Under the pieces are notes generated by a model. The model was not told the DNA's origin. It made no database searches and saw only the letters and a list, made by a program, of their open reading frames with translations. Made by a program: the position numbers and the translations under genes. DNA of 64,000 bases from Candidatus Zhuqueibacterota bacterium (GTDB lineage Bacteria > BS750m-G25): positions 124,001 to 188,000 of the forward strand of contig JADHWK010000001.1 in the NCBI GenBank assembly GCA_016783505.1. The letters run 5' to 3'. Positions 26,421 through 36,267 of this stretch are shown here, in pieces; positions within the stretch are counted from its first letter, which is position 1; the number at the start of each line of letters is the position of its first letter.

Positions 26421-29400
26421 TCACCGGACAAAGACCATCTTTTTGGTCTGAGAAAACCCATCTGCCTTCAGGTGATAGAAATATATCCCGGAAGATAACC
26501 CGGCAGCATCCCACCTCACCCGATGAACCCCAGCTCCTAAACTACAATCAATTAAGGAGGCTACCTCCTGACCGAGGATATTGTAGACCCTCAGTGTTAC
26601 ATGTCCAGATTTGGGTAAGCCATAGGTTATCGTCGTCACCGGGTTGAAGGGGTTGGGGTAGTTTTGCGCCAGGAAATACTCCTCAGGAACGTCCATTTTT
26701 CGAAGGACAGCGATCTCGGTTAAACCTGAAGTGGCCGGGATAAACTTGATCGCTCTACCATCGGCCAGTGGTGCTGCGGCCGGGGGATAAAGGTTGGCGT
26801 AAGAATACTGAAGACCGTCGTCGTGGGATTCATTCTCAATACCCACGGTGGCGTAATTATCATAGGAATCAACGTTATGCACAGTATTATATTGAACCAG
26901 GATCACCCCATCCCCAGTGGGGGTGGGATGGTAGACAGGGTCTAAGAGTAGGACTTCAAAGGTCTCCATCTGGTTCCCGTAGGCATTCCGGACCCGGCTC
27001 CATTCAATGATGAAGCGGTGGTTTTCCCCGTCGAAGAAAACAAGCACCCGTCCCCCACCGCCTAAGTGCAGGTCGTCCCAGAAGGGGGCGATCAGGGCTG
27101 GCGGACCCATAGCCGCCGGGATGGCCCAGTTGCGGAAATTGTTCATCCAGGTACGGCCCATGGAAAGCCAGCCGTTGGAGCACACGGTAATGGTATCGTA
27201 GTCGAGACCGTAAAAGCGAAAGGTAAACGGCAGCGGTAGCACCTGGGAGTCCCCCTGGGGGTATGGTTCCCAGCTCCAGGGGTCGGGATCGGCTATATCC
27301 ACCAAACTTAAGACCGTCCCTGATCCCCCCAGATAGGGGTCAATCTCGACCCAGTCATAGACCGGAGCCTCGGCATAACCCAAATCGGTGTCGTCATAGG
27401 CATAATAACCGTAGTCGTCAGGGCCCAGGGGATCAGCGCTGGTGACCGTGCCTAAGGTTACGGTAAAAAATACAGTTTTCAGAAAAACCCCATCGCTCAG
27501 AAGTTCCAGGGACAAGGAAACCCGATGGCCGACCATGGCGGCCGGGGAAGCCCAAACCCCGAAAGGTTCGGTTTCGTTTCCCCGGACCGAATCGGCCTCC
27601 ACATCCCCAAACGAAGCGGTGGAGTCCATCAGGGTGATCAATGAGTCGCTTGACCGTAACCGACCGGTGATGTTATAGGCGGGGCATGCCCCATTGTTGA
27701 GAAGCCTGACCACCAGATTTCCCGTCTCGCCCGGGTCTAAGACCCCGTCAACCCAATGATCGAGGTAAATTAATTCGAAAGCCACTACCGGCATTTCCAT
27801 CAGCCCCTCCCACCCCCAGTTGAGGGCGTAAATATGGCATCCCAGCCTGAGCGTATAACCGTCGGGGAGGATTTGGTCAATTAGTATTAAGAACGCCCCG
27901 GTATCCACCACCGCCGAATCGGGGGGAAGGTCCCCTATAAAGGCCACCGAATCCAGTAGGGTCACCCCCCCGCTCAGGGACCTCAGAACGACGATCACCG
28001 TCTGAGCGGTATCGCTGGTACCAAAATTCTTCAGGCGTAGCCCCAGGCTGACGGTTTCCCCCGGATTGATGAGGCCGTCCCCATTTCCCCAACTTTCACC
28101 CAGGCTGTCATCATCAACGAAGAAGCTGTCTACCCCCACAAAAACGGAATCTTGAAAAATCCAGACGGTGTCCTGATAGGGAACATAGTCGGATTTAGTG
28201 ACGGTAACCAAAAGGGGACCCCCCGAATCCGGCCGGGCGGCAAGGGTCAAAAATCCGTCTGGGTCGGTCGTCCCCCGGGAAAATACCTCTCCTTCTTTCA
28301 ACAGACAGACCAGCGCCCCCCCCACCGGCTGGGACCCATCATCACTGACGAAAAGATCGAAATAATTTGTTCCCAGGGAAACCTGAGCAGGATGATCAGC
28401 CTGCAGGATGGTGGGTATCTTAGTCCGCAGCCCAAGCCCCGGGTCGCCCAGAATAACGTAGGTGTAGAAATAGAATTTCACCGAATTGGGACTGATATCT
28501 TGGGCCGCATACAGGGGGAAATTCCGGTATAGCTCCATCTTCCCCCTCAGAACGGCGGGCCCGAAATGGGTTACCCCCTCGTTTAAGATCCCCTGATAGA
28601 TGCCGGCATCTAAGCAGTTATTCCAGCGGGTCTGTGTGAAAAGGTCGGTGGGGCCCACGAAGCTGACCCCTCCCCTAAGCGCCCATACCGACCCTGCCCG
28701 GATCCAGGCCTCGCCAAAGCAGGGCTCATAATACCCGAAGTTGCCACCCCCGCAGACGATGGAGGTCACCACCGGCAGCATAGGACCGTTGTTTAAGGAC
28801 GATATGTGTTCCGTTCGAAAGACAGTCCACCCCCCTTCCCATCCCGCCCCCCGATAATTTACAAACCCCACCCCCGAATTGATAGAATTGATAATCGGAT
28901 CAGGGGTATAGCTCGAATAGTCGGAGTAGAACGCCGTATCCACCCGGGTGTAGCCATAATCCAGGAGTTGATCCCTCACCCAAAGCTTGGTATCCCGGGC
29001 GGAAACCACCCCCCAGGAACCCATCGAATAATCCACCACCAAAAGGGCACTCTGAAGCCACTGTGGGTCTTCCAAGTAGGGATCCCGTTCATAAGAAAGT
29101 ATTTTGGCCACCACCGTATTCAGTTCACTAATGCTGGAGACCGACAACCGGCCCACGAAGACCTCCGGGAAATAATCGTCCCCTTCCAAAAGACCATAGG
29201 GATGGTCGGTAACATCCCAGGCCTCCCACCAAGGGTTGTTATTAAAAAAATAGAAAGTGGGAATCTGAATGTTCCCGTCCACATCCCCCACCAGCACTAC
29301 ATAGGTGGGGGGTTCCTCCTGGTTGAAATAGGCATTTGATATGAATGCTTTGATAGCGTTAGCAGTGGATCCCTGGGGGGGAGGGGTCACTACCATAGTT

Positions 29401-30200
29401 GAATACCCCATCTGCCGCTTCCATTCCGCCAGGGGAAGGATGGCCTCATATCCCGAGGCCGGGACGATAAACAGATAACCCCCCTCCACACCAGAGCTGG
29501 GGTCATCCGGGGTCTCGTAATTAATAACCAGATCCTGGTAAAGGGTTTCAAAGGCCGTTGAGGGCTTCGGCCGGGTATCCAGCTTGGGATTGGTGGGATT
29601 GGCCCCCGAATAGGTCAGGGTGATCCCCAGTTGATGGAAGAACTTGGCCTCCCTTCGCACCGGGTTGTATTGAACGGGACAGATGATCACCGGGACGAAC
29701 CGCATCTCCCTCAAGATGACCGGCTTTCCCACCCTGACCAAGGTGTCCGGATAGAAGGTATCCTGCTGGTAGAAAGCCCCATCCTGGGTATAAGGCCGCA
29801 TCTCCTGGCCGTCCGGCCCGAAGAGTTGAACGGCGGCTACATCTAAATCGGGAAGTGTAACATACTGGGTTTCCGTAAGGGTCAGTTCGACATTCTTATC
29901 CGGGGGTAGGGCCACAAAACAGGTAATCAGGGGTAAGTCGGGTTTGCCCACCTCTTCGATGGTCCCCTCCCCGGGGATTTTCAGAATCTGCCTGGTCTGC
30001 CCGCCAGTGTTAACCCTTTCCAGCTCCAAACCCGGAATGACCACCGAGAGCCGAATTTTTTGCCCATTGGATTCCAAAATACGAATTTCCGGTTTCCGAT
30101 TGGCTTGAGACCCATCAGCCGGGATCCATTCCCCCCAGGCGTTTGAAAATATGAGCAGAACCCCTACCACCTTTCCAAACCTAATCAGTGACCTAACCAT
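26421..30200 (-). CDS. C25 family protein 2 with sorting domain
   Basis: EWKRQMG, YVVLVGD, EVFVGRLS, NYRGAG, IVCGGG, ILGDP; NYPNPFNP...KMVFVR. Start uncertain between 30200 and 30236. Confidence 0.9.
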   Translation of the reverse strand: MVRSLIRFGKVVGVLLIFSNAWGEWIPADGSQANRKPEIRILESNGQKIRLSVVIPGLELERVNTGGQTRQILKIPGEGTIEEVGKPDLPLITCFVALPPDKNVELTLTETQYVTLPDLDVAAVQLFGPDGQEMRPYTQDGAFYQQDTFYPDTLVRVGKPVILREMRFVPVIICPVQYNPVRREAKFFHQLGITLTYSGANPTNPKLDTRPKPSTAFETLYQDLVINYETPDDPSSGVEGGYLFIVPASGYEAILPLAEWKRQMGYSTMVVTPPPQGSTANAIKAFISNAYFNQEEPPTYVVLVGDVDGNIQIPTFYFFNNNPWWEAWDVTDHPYGLLEGDDYFPEVFVGRLSVSSISELNTVVAKILSYERDPYLEDPQWLQSALLVVDYSMGSWGVVSARDTKLWVRDQLLDYGYTRVDTAFYSDYSSYTPDPIINSINSGVGFVNYRGAGWEGGWTVFRTEHISSLNNGPMLPVVTSIVCGGGNFGYYEPCFGEAWIRAGSVWALRGGVSFVGPTDLFTQTRWNNCLDAGIYQGILNEGVTHFGPAVLRGKMELYRNFPLYAAQDISPNSVKFYFYTYVILGDPGLGLRTKIPTILQADHPAQVSLGTNYFDLFVSDDGSQPVGGALVCLLKEGEVFSRGTTDPDGFLTLAARPDSGGPLLVTVTKSDYVPYQDTVWIFQDSVFVGVDSFFVDDDSLGESWGNGDGLINPGETVSLGLRLKNFGTSDTAQTVIVVLRSLSGGVTLLDSVAFIGDLPPDSAVVDTGAFLILIDQILPDGYTLRLGCHIYALNWGWEGLMEMPVVAFELIYLDHWVDGVLDPGETGNLVVRLLNNGACPAYNITGRLRSSDSLITLMDSTASFGDVEADSVRGNETEPFGVWASPAAMVGHRVSLSLELLSDGVFLKTVFFTVTLGTVTSADPLGPDDYGYYAYDDTDLGYAEAPVYDWVEIDPYLGGSGTVLSLVDIADPDPWSWEPYPQGDSQVLPLPFTFRFYGLDYDTITVCSNGWLSMGRTWMNNFRNWAIPAAMGPPALIAPFWDDLHLGGGGRVLVFFDGENHRFIIEWSRVRNAYGNQMETFEVLLLDPVYHPTPTGDGVILVQYNTVHNVDSYDNYATVGIENESHDDGLQYSYANLYPPAAAPLADGRAIKFIPATSGLTEIAVLRKMDVPEEYFLAQNYPNPFNPVTTITYGLPKSGHVTLRVYNILGQEVASLIDCSLGAGVHRVRWDAAGLSSGIYFYHLKADGFSQTKKMVFVR

Positions 30201-30279
30201 TACTTCATTCTCCATATTAGTACAGTTCCAACTCATTATCCCTTCACCACTTCAGCGTATCTGCACCTTTTTAATTTGT

Positions 30280-30490
30280 TTAACCACAGATTACACAGAT
30301 TATTAATAGATTCGTAATAGTTCAGCCCCGTCATTATGAATGAAGCGAAGCGGAATGAAGAATCTTTATTTCCAAAAGACTTGAAGATTCTTCACTACGT
30401 TCAGAATGACGGGGGGGTGAACTTTTACATAGATTCAAAGTATAATTCTTTTGATTTTTTCTGCGGTATCAGTGAAATTTATGGTATTAA
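30280..30490. repeat. 9-bp periodic inverted array enclosing a MITE
   Basis: Left arm ttaaccacagattacacagatt; right arm ttctgcggtatcagtgaaatttatggtattaa (degenerate reverse complement). Confidence 0.6.
30314..30428. mobile_element. 115-bp MITE-like element with an 8-bp target-site duplication
   Basis: Terminal inverted repeat GTAATAGTTCA/TGAACTTTTAC (10/11); direct repeat ATAGATTC at 30306-30313 and 30429-30436; interior is a GTCATT...GAAGAATCT/AGATTCTTC...AGAATGAC hairpin. Confidence 0.85.
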
Positions 30491-30514
30491 TCCTAAATCA
30501 ATTTGAAATCCCGG

Positions 30515-32812
30515 CTATTTTAACAGCACGGATTTCTTGGTTTGAACAAAATCCCCAGCTTCCAATCTAAAGAAATAAATCCCAGAAGCTAAATCAATCC
30601 CATCCCAGTTAATTTGATGACGACCAGTGTTTTGATGTTTAGCCAGCAACGTAGCCACCTCTTGGCCTTTAATGTTGTAGACCTTCAGACTCACCCAACT
30701 ATGGCTTGGTATCTGGTATCTGATGACGGTTGTGGAGTTGAAAGGATTGGGAAAGTTCTGCTCCAATCGAAAACTGAGCGGGGTAGGATCACCCCGATCC
30801 GGAATCAACGACCCCCCTGTTCCCCCCACGATAAGCACGTCATCAATGGCCCAGCCGTCCTCGGTCAGGGTGGAATCGGTGACCAGCCGGAATCGGATCT
30901 TAATCGCCATGGAATCCCCACAATAGCCGTCCAGGGGAATGATCATCTGGGTCCAGTTCAATTGTATTCCCCCCACCGGCCCCGCCAGTTCCGCCCAGTT
31001 ATGGCCGTTATCGGTGGAGATCTCGACATAACCGAAGTCATAATCGTATTCTAAATAGTAGCGATGCCAGAAGGATAGGGCGGCGGTGGTATAGGGGGAA
31101 AGATCTATCCCCTGGGTCAGGGCCACCCAGGCATCGGTCAGGTTTTCATATTCCCCCCGGGGGCTATCGGTTAATAAAGTCATTGGGGAATGGGGGTCGC
31201 TCTGAGCCAGACCCCAGCTTCCCGTACCCCCCGTGGTCCAGCGGCTCAATCCATCTTCAAAATCATCCCAAAAAAGGGCATCAGCCCGGGACAGGGTGAA
31301 AGCGATGACCGTATCCTGACCCAGGACCATCGAGTCTGCGAAGGGAACACACCCGTCAGCGGTGACCAGAACGGAATAGGGGCTTTGGGGAAGGGAGATG
31401 GAATAGGCCCCCGTGACCGGGTTAGAAAAGACGGTATCGGCTTTATTGCCCCGGAATACCAGCCTCGCCCCCAGGGGATTGCCAGAAGCGGCATCCTGAA
31501 CCGTCCCGGCAAGGTCCCACCAGGGCAGGGGTTCCAGGGTTACGTTACGAACCGTAGGGTCGGTCTCATTGACAACAATCCCGGGGATTATCGCTTCCTG
31601 GTACCCTTCCCTGAAGACCCTTAAGGTATAGCTGCCGGGAAGCAGAAGCCTCCGGTAGCGACCCCAACGGGGATCGCTGTACCTGGGTTTTAGGACATCG
31701 CCGGTCGCCCCGAGGATCTGAACTTCAGCCTTAAGGGGCTGCCCGGTCTGGGCATCGGAGATTATCCCCGTGAGCTGGGCCCCACTGGTCTCACCATAAC
31801 CCAGAATGCGTCTCATCAGATATTCAGCCCCGGGGATGTTCCTCTCAATGGTATCCTCAATGAGGGCGCTGTCCGGCTGCAGGTTGTTGGTGCCGCATTC
31901 GATCAGAAACTGAATGGCGCCGGTGGCAGTATAGAACCAATCATGGGCGTGGCCCCGCCGGGACTCACTATTTGAGGGCTGGTAATGACCAGTCCCGGAC
32001 TCATTAACGATAAGCCCAGCCACATCGTAGGCGATGTCCTGAATGACCCCATAATCGGGGGGATGTTTCCCCTCCCAGTTCCAGGAATAGAAAACCTTCT
32101 CAAAATTATCGGAACTACGGGCGCTGTGGTAGGCGATGGACAGCACGAAATTCTGCTGGACCGCCAGGTCCCTAATAGCCTGGTTTTCCAGTTCCGAAAA
32201 AGGATAGGGCCCCCGGTAATAATCGTAATCCCCCTGGTATAAGGTGTCCCCGTGAATCCAGTTGAAATCATAATTTCTGTTCGGGTCTACCCCATCTATA
32301 TCCCATCCTATTCCCACTCTATAGTCAAATATCCCATTTTCATTATTGTCCCGCTTGTTCTTGCGATAGGTCAGGTCGAGCGTATCGGTGACCACCAGAT
32401 GGCCCTCCGGGTTCATGGTAGGGACGAACCAGATCTCCAGTTCATTGACACATCTGGTCAGGAAAGTAGGGGAGCCGTACCAGGTAACCAGATCCCCGAT
32501 CATCTTCATGCAGATCTCCACCCCCAGCACCTCTTCAGCATGGTGCTGGCCAATATTTAGCACCGCTGGCTCATCCTCTTCAACTTCCACCGAGTCTGAA
32601 ATCTTTACCGCCCAGATGGGCAGGGAGTCCTGGGTGGAAATCCCGATGGTATCCCACTTCATAATGCCCGGGTAAAGGGTGGACAATGAATCTAACTCGG
32701 AGTATATCTCCTCTAGGGTATGAAATCGGGGGTCAAGCTGGGAGAAGGTCTTTCCCCAAGGGATGACGCTGAGGACTATAAACAAAAAAGTTTTGAGTCG
32801 GTCGAAATTCAT
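30515..32812 (-). CDS. M14 zinc carboxypeptidase with carboxypeptidase-regulatory-like, jelly-roll and sorting domains
   Basis: HHAEE, RKN, GVDPNRNY, AYHS and FLIECG motifs; NFPNPFN...KSVLLK. Confidence 0.9.
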   Translation of the reverse strand: MNFDRLKTFLFIVLSVIPWGKTFSQLDPRFHTLEEIYSELDSLSTLYPGIMKWDTIGISTQDSLPIWAVKISDSVEVEEDEPAVLNIGQHHAEEVLGVEICMKMIGDLVTWYGSPTFLTRCVNELEIWFVPTMNPEGHLVVTDTLDLTYRKNKRDNNENGIFDYRVGIGWDIDGVDPNRNYDFNWIHGDTLYQGDYDYYRGPYPFSELENQAIRDLAVQQNFVLSIAYHSARSSDNFEKVFYSWNWEGKHPPDYGVIQDIAYDVAGLIVNESGTGHYQPSNSESRRGHAHDWFYTATGAIQFLIECGTNNLQPDSALIEDTIERNIPGAEYLMRRILGYGETSGAQLTGIISDAQTGQPLKAEVQILGATGDVLKPRYSDPRWGRYRRLLLPGSYTLRVFREGYQEAIIPGIVVNETDPTVRNVTLEPLPWWDLAGTVQDAASGNPLGARLVFRGNKADTVFSNPVTGAYSISLPQSPYSVLVTADGCVPFADSMVLGQDTVIAFTLSRADALFWDDFEDGLSRWTTGGTGSWGLAQSDPHSPMTLLTDSPRGEYENLTDAWVALTQGIDLSPYTTAALSFWHRYYLEYDYDFGYVEISTDNGHNWAELAGPVGGIQLNWTQMIIPLDGYCGDSMAIKIRFRLVTDSTLTEDGWAIDDVLIVGGTGGSLIPDRGDPTPLSFRLEQNFPNPFNSTTVIRYQIPSHSWVSLKVYNIKGQEVATLLAKHQNTGRHQINWDGIDLASGIYFFRLEAGDFVQTKKSVLLK

Positions 32813-32820
32813 ATTAAGTC

Positions 32821-35800
32821 TTACCTTAAAAGAATCATCTTTCTGATCCGGCCTGATCCAACGGTTTTCAGGTGGCCAAAATAAATTCCGCTGGCCACCT
32901 TCCGCCCCAACTCATCGTTTCCATCCCAGCCTACCCTGTATTCCCCGGGGAACAGCGGTCCCGTGTAGAGGGTGCAAACCAGCCGGCCCCGGATATTATA
33001 AACAACCAGGTCCACCCAATCCTGCTGGGCCAGACGAAAGTGAAGGGTGGTAGAAGCGTTGAAGGGGTTGGGATAGTTGGGGAAGAGCTCAAAAGAAGTA
33101 ATCCCACCATGCAAGCCATTCCCTTCTATCCCTACCCACAGGTCGTTTACCCTTTGGGCGTAGATATTGCGGAGGAGGGCCTTCCCCGAACTCCGCAGGT
33201 CTTCCCAAAGGACAATGGCTCCCCCGGCGTAATCGGTCACCAAGATGGGATCAACCTGATGGTTGTGATAGTCGCACACAACCGCTCCATTCTCCCCCCA
33301 TAGGCCCATCCCATTTTCATTAAGCTCCTGGGCATAGATGTCAGCTGCACCCGAGCGATAGTCCTCCCAGGCGATGATAATCCGGTCCGGGGCCGCTCGC
33401 AGGATAGCCGGCTGGCTCTGATTTCCGAAAGCAGAACAAATGGGAACCCCATTCTCCTCCCATAGGCATTCCCCTACCCCGCTGATCCATTGGGCATAGA
33501 TATTGTTATCTATCCCGTTGCGAAAGTCCTTCCACCCAATAAAGACCCCCTCCTGGCCATCGGCGGCCAGGACCGGACCTTTTTGGTCATTGGGCATCAT
33601 CACCACGGGAAGCCCGCTTAAGGAATCGGGTCCCTCTACCTTCCACAGGATGGTGCCATCCCCGGCCACGCGCTGGGCGTAGATGTCGGTTGTCAGTTCA
33701 GTGGAGGCGTCCCGACCGTCCTCCCAGACCACGATTACCCCCCCGAACCCGTCGGGGACGGCCCGGGGGTAGACCTGGTTTCCCACCGCCCCGGATACGA
33801 CCAGCCCCCCGGGGGGCCAACCGGAAACCACCCCACCATCCCCATCCAGATGTTGGACGAAAATATTATAATCCTGAAATCCTCCCCGCCAGACGATAAA
33901 GCTCCCCCCCTGGCCATCGTATATGGAACCGTAAGGAAAATCTTCCCCAAAACCTAAGGAAATTTGCTCGCCGGCTGAACCCCATAAGATGCCTCCTGAG
34001 GAATCCACCCGCTGGAGGTAAACGTTGGGATCGCTGAAGTAGGGGAAATCGGTCCATCCGACGAAAGCCCCGCCTTCTCCGTTACCCACAATGGTGGGTT
34101 TTATCTGATCATGTCCGGTGGGAAATAGGTGGATGCCATTTCTTCCCCACAGGGTATCCCCATGGCTGTCAATCCGCTGGAGGAAAATCTGGAGCGAATC
34201 GTCAACCCGGGCTTCAGAGGCTATGATCCCCCCCCCGGTCCCATCGGGGGTGATCACCGGATAATAGTCGCCGATGTATGAGTTCACATCCGCCCACAGC
34301 CCGGCGTCATTCCCATTTACCCACCATTGGACGAGCCCGGTGGTATCCAGAGTCTGGGCGAAGACCCGGGTTCCCATCCGCCCCAGTCGCTGGTCCTCCC
34401 AGATGGCCAGCACTTGAGCCGACCCCTTGGGGATGACCCGGGGGTGTTTCGCGTCCCCGTCTATGCCCCACTCCAGTTGAAACCCATCTTCCCCCGGCCA
34501 GAGGGGTGTTCCGAGGGCACCGATATGTTGGACGTAGATACCTGGGCTCCCTTTCCGGGTATCCCCCCAAGCCAGAATTGCCCCCCCGGACCCATCCTCC
34601 CTCACCAGCGGGGAAAACTGATGATAGTTGGCCCCTGAGACCAAGATCCCGTCCGCCGCCCATAATGTATCCCCGTCGGTATTCAACCGCTGGGCGTAGA
34701 TGTCGTTGTAGGGAATGCCCCCATTCCGCTCATCCTCCCAGGCCACCACGACTCCCCCAAAACCATCCCCCCGCAGCCGGGCCTCGATCTGGTCACCATC
34801 CGCGGTACAGACTGGCGCCCCGTCTGTATCCCATAACAAAGTCCCATCGGGAGAAATCCGTTGGGCGTAGATGTCGGCGAGGGTATTGGTGGGGTCATTC
34901 CGGTTATCATGCCAGATGACGATGGCCCCGCCGGCCCCATCGGGGACCAGCCTGGGATTCTGCTGCTTTTTGGGAAGGGTGCACAACCCAATCCCACCAT
35001 CTGGCCATTGGGGGAAACCGGAACCGTCCATCCGTTGGATGTAGAGGTCGCCGTCATCCTCTCTTTGATCGTGCCACACGATGTAGACCCCACCCGACCC
35101 GTCGGGGATCAGCTTGGGATGGTCCTGGTTGCCGATAAAGTCGCAGACCGGGGTGCCCCCTTCCTCCCACAACAATTGCCCGTTGGCACCCACCCACTGG
35201 GCGTATATCTGGTGATCGTTAGCCTGTCTCCGATCCCACCAAGCGATGATAGCCCCCCCAGCTCCATCGTCCTCAATGGTAAGACCCGACTGTCCCCCGG
35301 GCTGGGCACAGACCGCCACCCCATTGAGAGGCCATCCAGGTGGAACCTGACCGCTACCATCCACCCGCTGGGCGTAGATGTCCCCATCGGCACCGGAGCG
35401 GGAATCCACCCAAGCAACGATGATCCCGCCCGCCCCGTCCCCGGTTATCCCGATGGCTATCTGGATGTCAAAGGCGGTACACAGCGGCACCCCGGCCGGG
35501 TCCCACAAAAGCTCCCCGGCTCCGGAGATCCGCTGGGCGTAGATGTCCCCGGCGGTATCGGCCCGGAAGTCCACCCAGGCCACCACGACTCCACCGGCCC
35601 CATCTACCACCACCACCGGGTCCTCCTGCCTGTCGAGCTCAGCACAGACAACAGTCCCCCCTTCCCCCCAGAGCAGGTTGCCATCCCCAGCCACCCGCTG
35701 GGCAAACAGGTCCCGCTGTCCGTTCCTGCAATCGGACCAGAGATAGATGGCCCCGCCGGCCCCATCGGAAGCCCCGGCCCGGTTCCATTCGATATGGTGA

Positions 35801-35901
35801 CCCTGGCGCACCGGTACCCCGGCCGGGTCCCAACCGATCTGAGCATGAACTAAATAACCCACTAAAAAGCCAAATCCTATCAACCATTTAAAGACTCTCA
35901 T
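32821..35901 (-). CDS. Secreted repeat (probable beta-propeller) protein with sorting domain
   Basis: 16 repeats of DGxGGxIVAWxDxR...DIYAQR...GxxLW; NYPNPFN...KMILLR. Confidence 0.85.
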   Translation of the reverse strand: MRVFKWLIGFGFLVGYLVHAQIGWDPAGVPVRQGHHIEWNRAGASDGAGGAIYLWSDCRNGQRDLFAQRVAGDGNLLWGEGGTVVCAELDRQEDPVVVVDGAGGVVVAWVDFRADTAGDIYAQRISGAGELLWDPAGVPLCTAFDIQIAIGITGDGAGGIIVAWVDSRSGADGDIYAQRVDGSGQVPPGWPLNGVAVCAQPGGQSGLTIEDDGAGGAIIAWWDRRQANDHQIYAQWVGANGQLLWEEGGTPVCDFIGNQDHPKLIPDGSGGVYIVWHDQREDDGDLYIQRMDGSGFPQWPDGGIGLCTLPKKQQNPRLVPDGAGGAIVIWHDNRNDPTNTLADIYAQRISPDGTLLWDTDGAPVCTADGDQIEARLRGDGFGGVVVAWEDERNGGIPYNDIYAQRLNTDGDTLWAADGILVSGANYHQFSPLVREDGSGGAILAWGDTRKGSPGIYVQHIGALGTPLWPGEDGFQLEWGIDGDAKHPRVIPKGSAQVLAIWEDQRLGRMGTRVFAQTLDTTGLVQWWVNGNDAGLWADVNSYIGDYYPVITPDGTGGGIIASEARVDDSLQIFLQRIDSHGDTLWGRNGIHLFPTGHDQIKPTIVGNGEGGAFVGWTDFPYFSDPNVYLQRVDSSGGILWGSAGEQISLGFGEDFPYGSIYDGQGGSFIVWRGGFQDYNIFVQHLDGDGGVVSGWPPGGLVVSGAVGNQVYPRAVPDGFGGVIVVWEDGRDASTELTTDIYAQRVAGDGTILWKVEGPDSLSGLPVVMMPNDQKGPVLAADGQEGVFIGWKDFRNGIDNNIYAQWISGVGECLWEENGVPICSAFGNQSQPAILRAAPDRIIIAWEDYRSGAADIYAQELNENGMGLWGENGAVVCDYHNHQVDPILVTDYAGGAIVLWEDLRSSGKALLRNIYAQRVNDLWVGIEGNGLHGGITSFELFPNYPNPFNASTTLHFRLAQQDWVDLVVYNIRGRLVCTLYTGPLFPGEYRVGWDGNDELGRKVASGIYFGHLKTVGSGRIRKMILLR

Positions 35902-36084
35902 GACCTACATCTCCTTTCCATTGCATCATTGTGTCTTCGGAATATAATTTTGTCATCTGTGACTTGAAATTTTATTGTCCAGTCGAGTTTGACCCAAAAG
36001 TCACTATAGCGTAAGCCGGGTTAATCAGGTCCGTCAGGCGCCGGACTGATGCCTAACTGACGCCTTACCTAAAGGCATCCCACC

Positions 36085-36147
36085 GTAGTCGCAGGCTTTA
36101 CACCTGCGTATGATTTCGCACCCCGCACCCATAAAGGGTGCGGCTAC
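36085..36147. repeat. REPIN-like doublet of GTAG-type REP sequences
   Basis: GTAGTCGCAGGCTTTACACCTGCG ... CGCACCCATAAAGGGTGCGGCTAC in inverted orientation. Confidence 0.75.
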
Positions 36148-36267
36148 ATTTAAAAAGTTTCCCCCCAAAAAAACTGTTATTATAGACTTTCGATGAATGG
36201 AATGTTCCAGCGGATGACAACATCCGTCAGAAACGTAGTATTTTAAATTTGCCAAAGTTCAGGTTGA

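Noticed and set aside
26368-26514. N-terminal extension of the M6 ORF overlapping C25 gene 2
   Set aside because: The signal peptide and RBS begin at 26367, so the extension is incidental open frame. The same reasoning applies to the ORF-track starts at 10377 and 48222.
34861-35853. 330-aa plus-strand ORF and other long antisense ORFs (3153, 39390, 45293, 59663)
   Set aside because: These are typical stop-poor antisense frames of GC-rich genes, with no motifs or RBS
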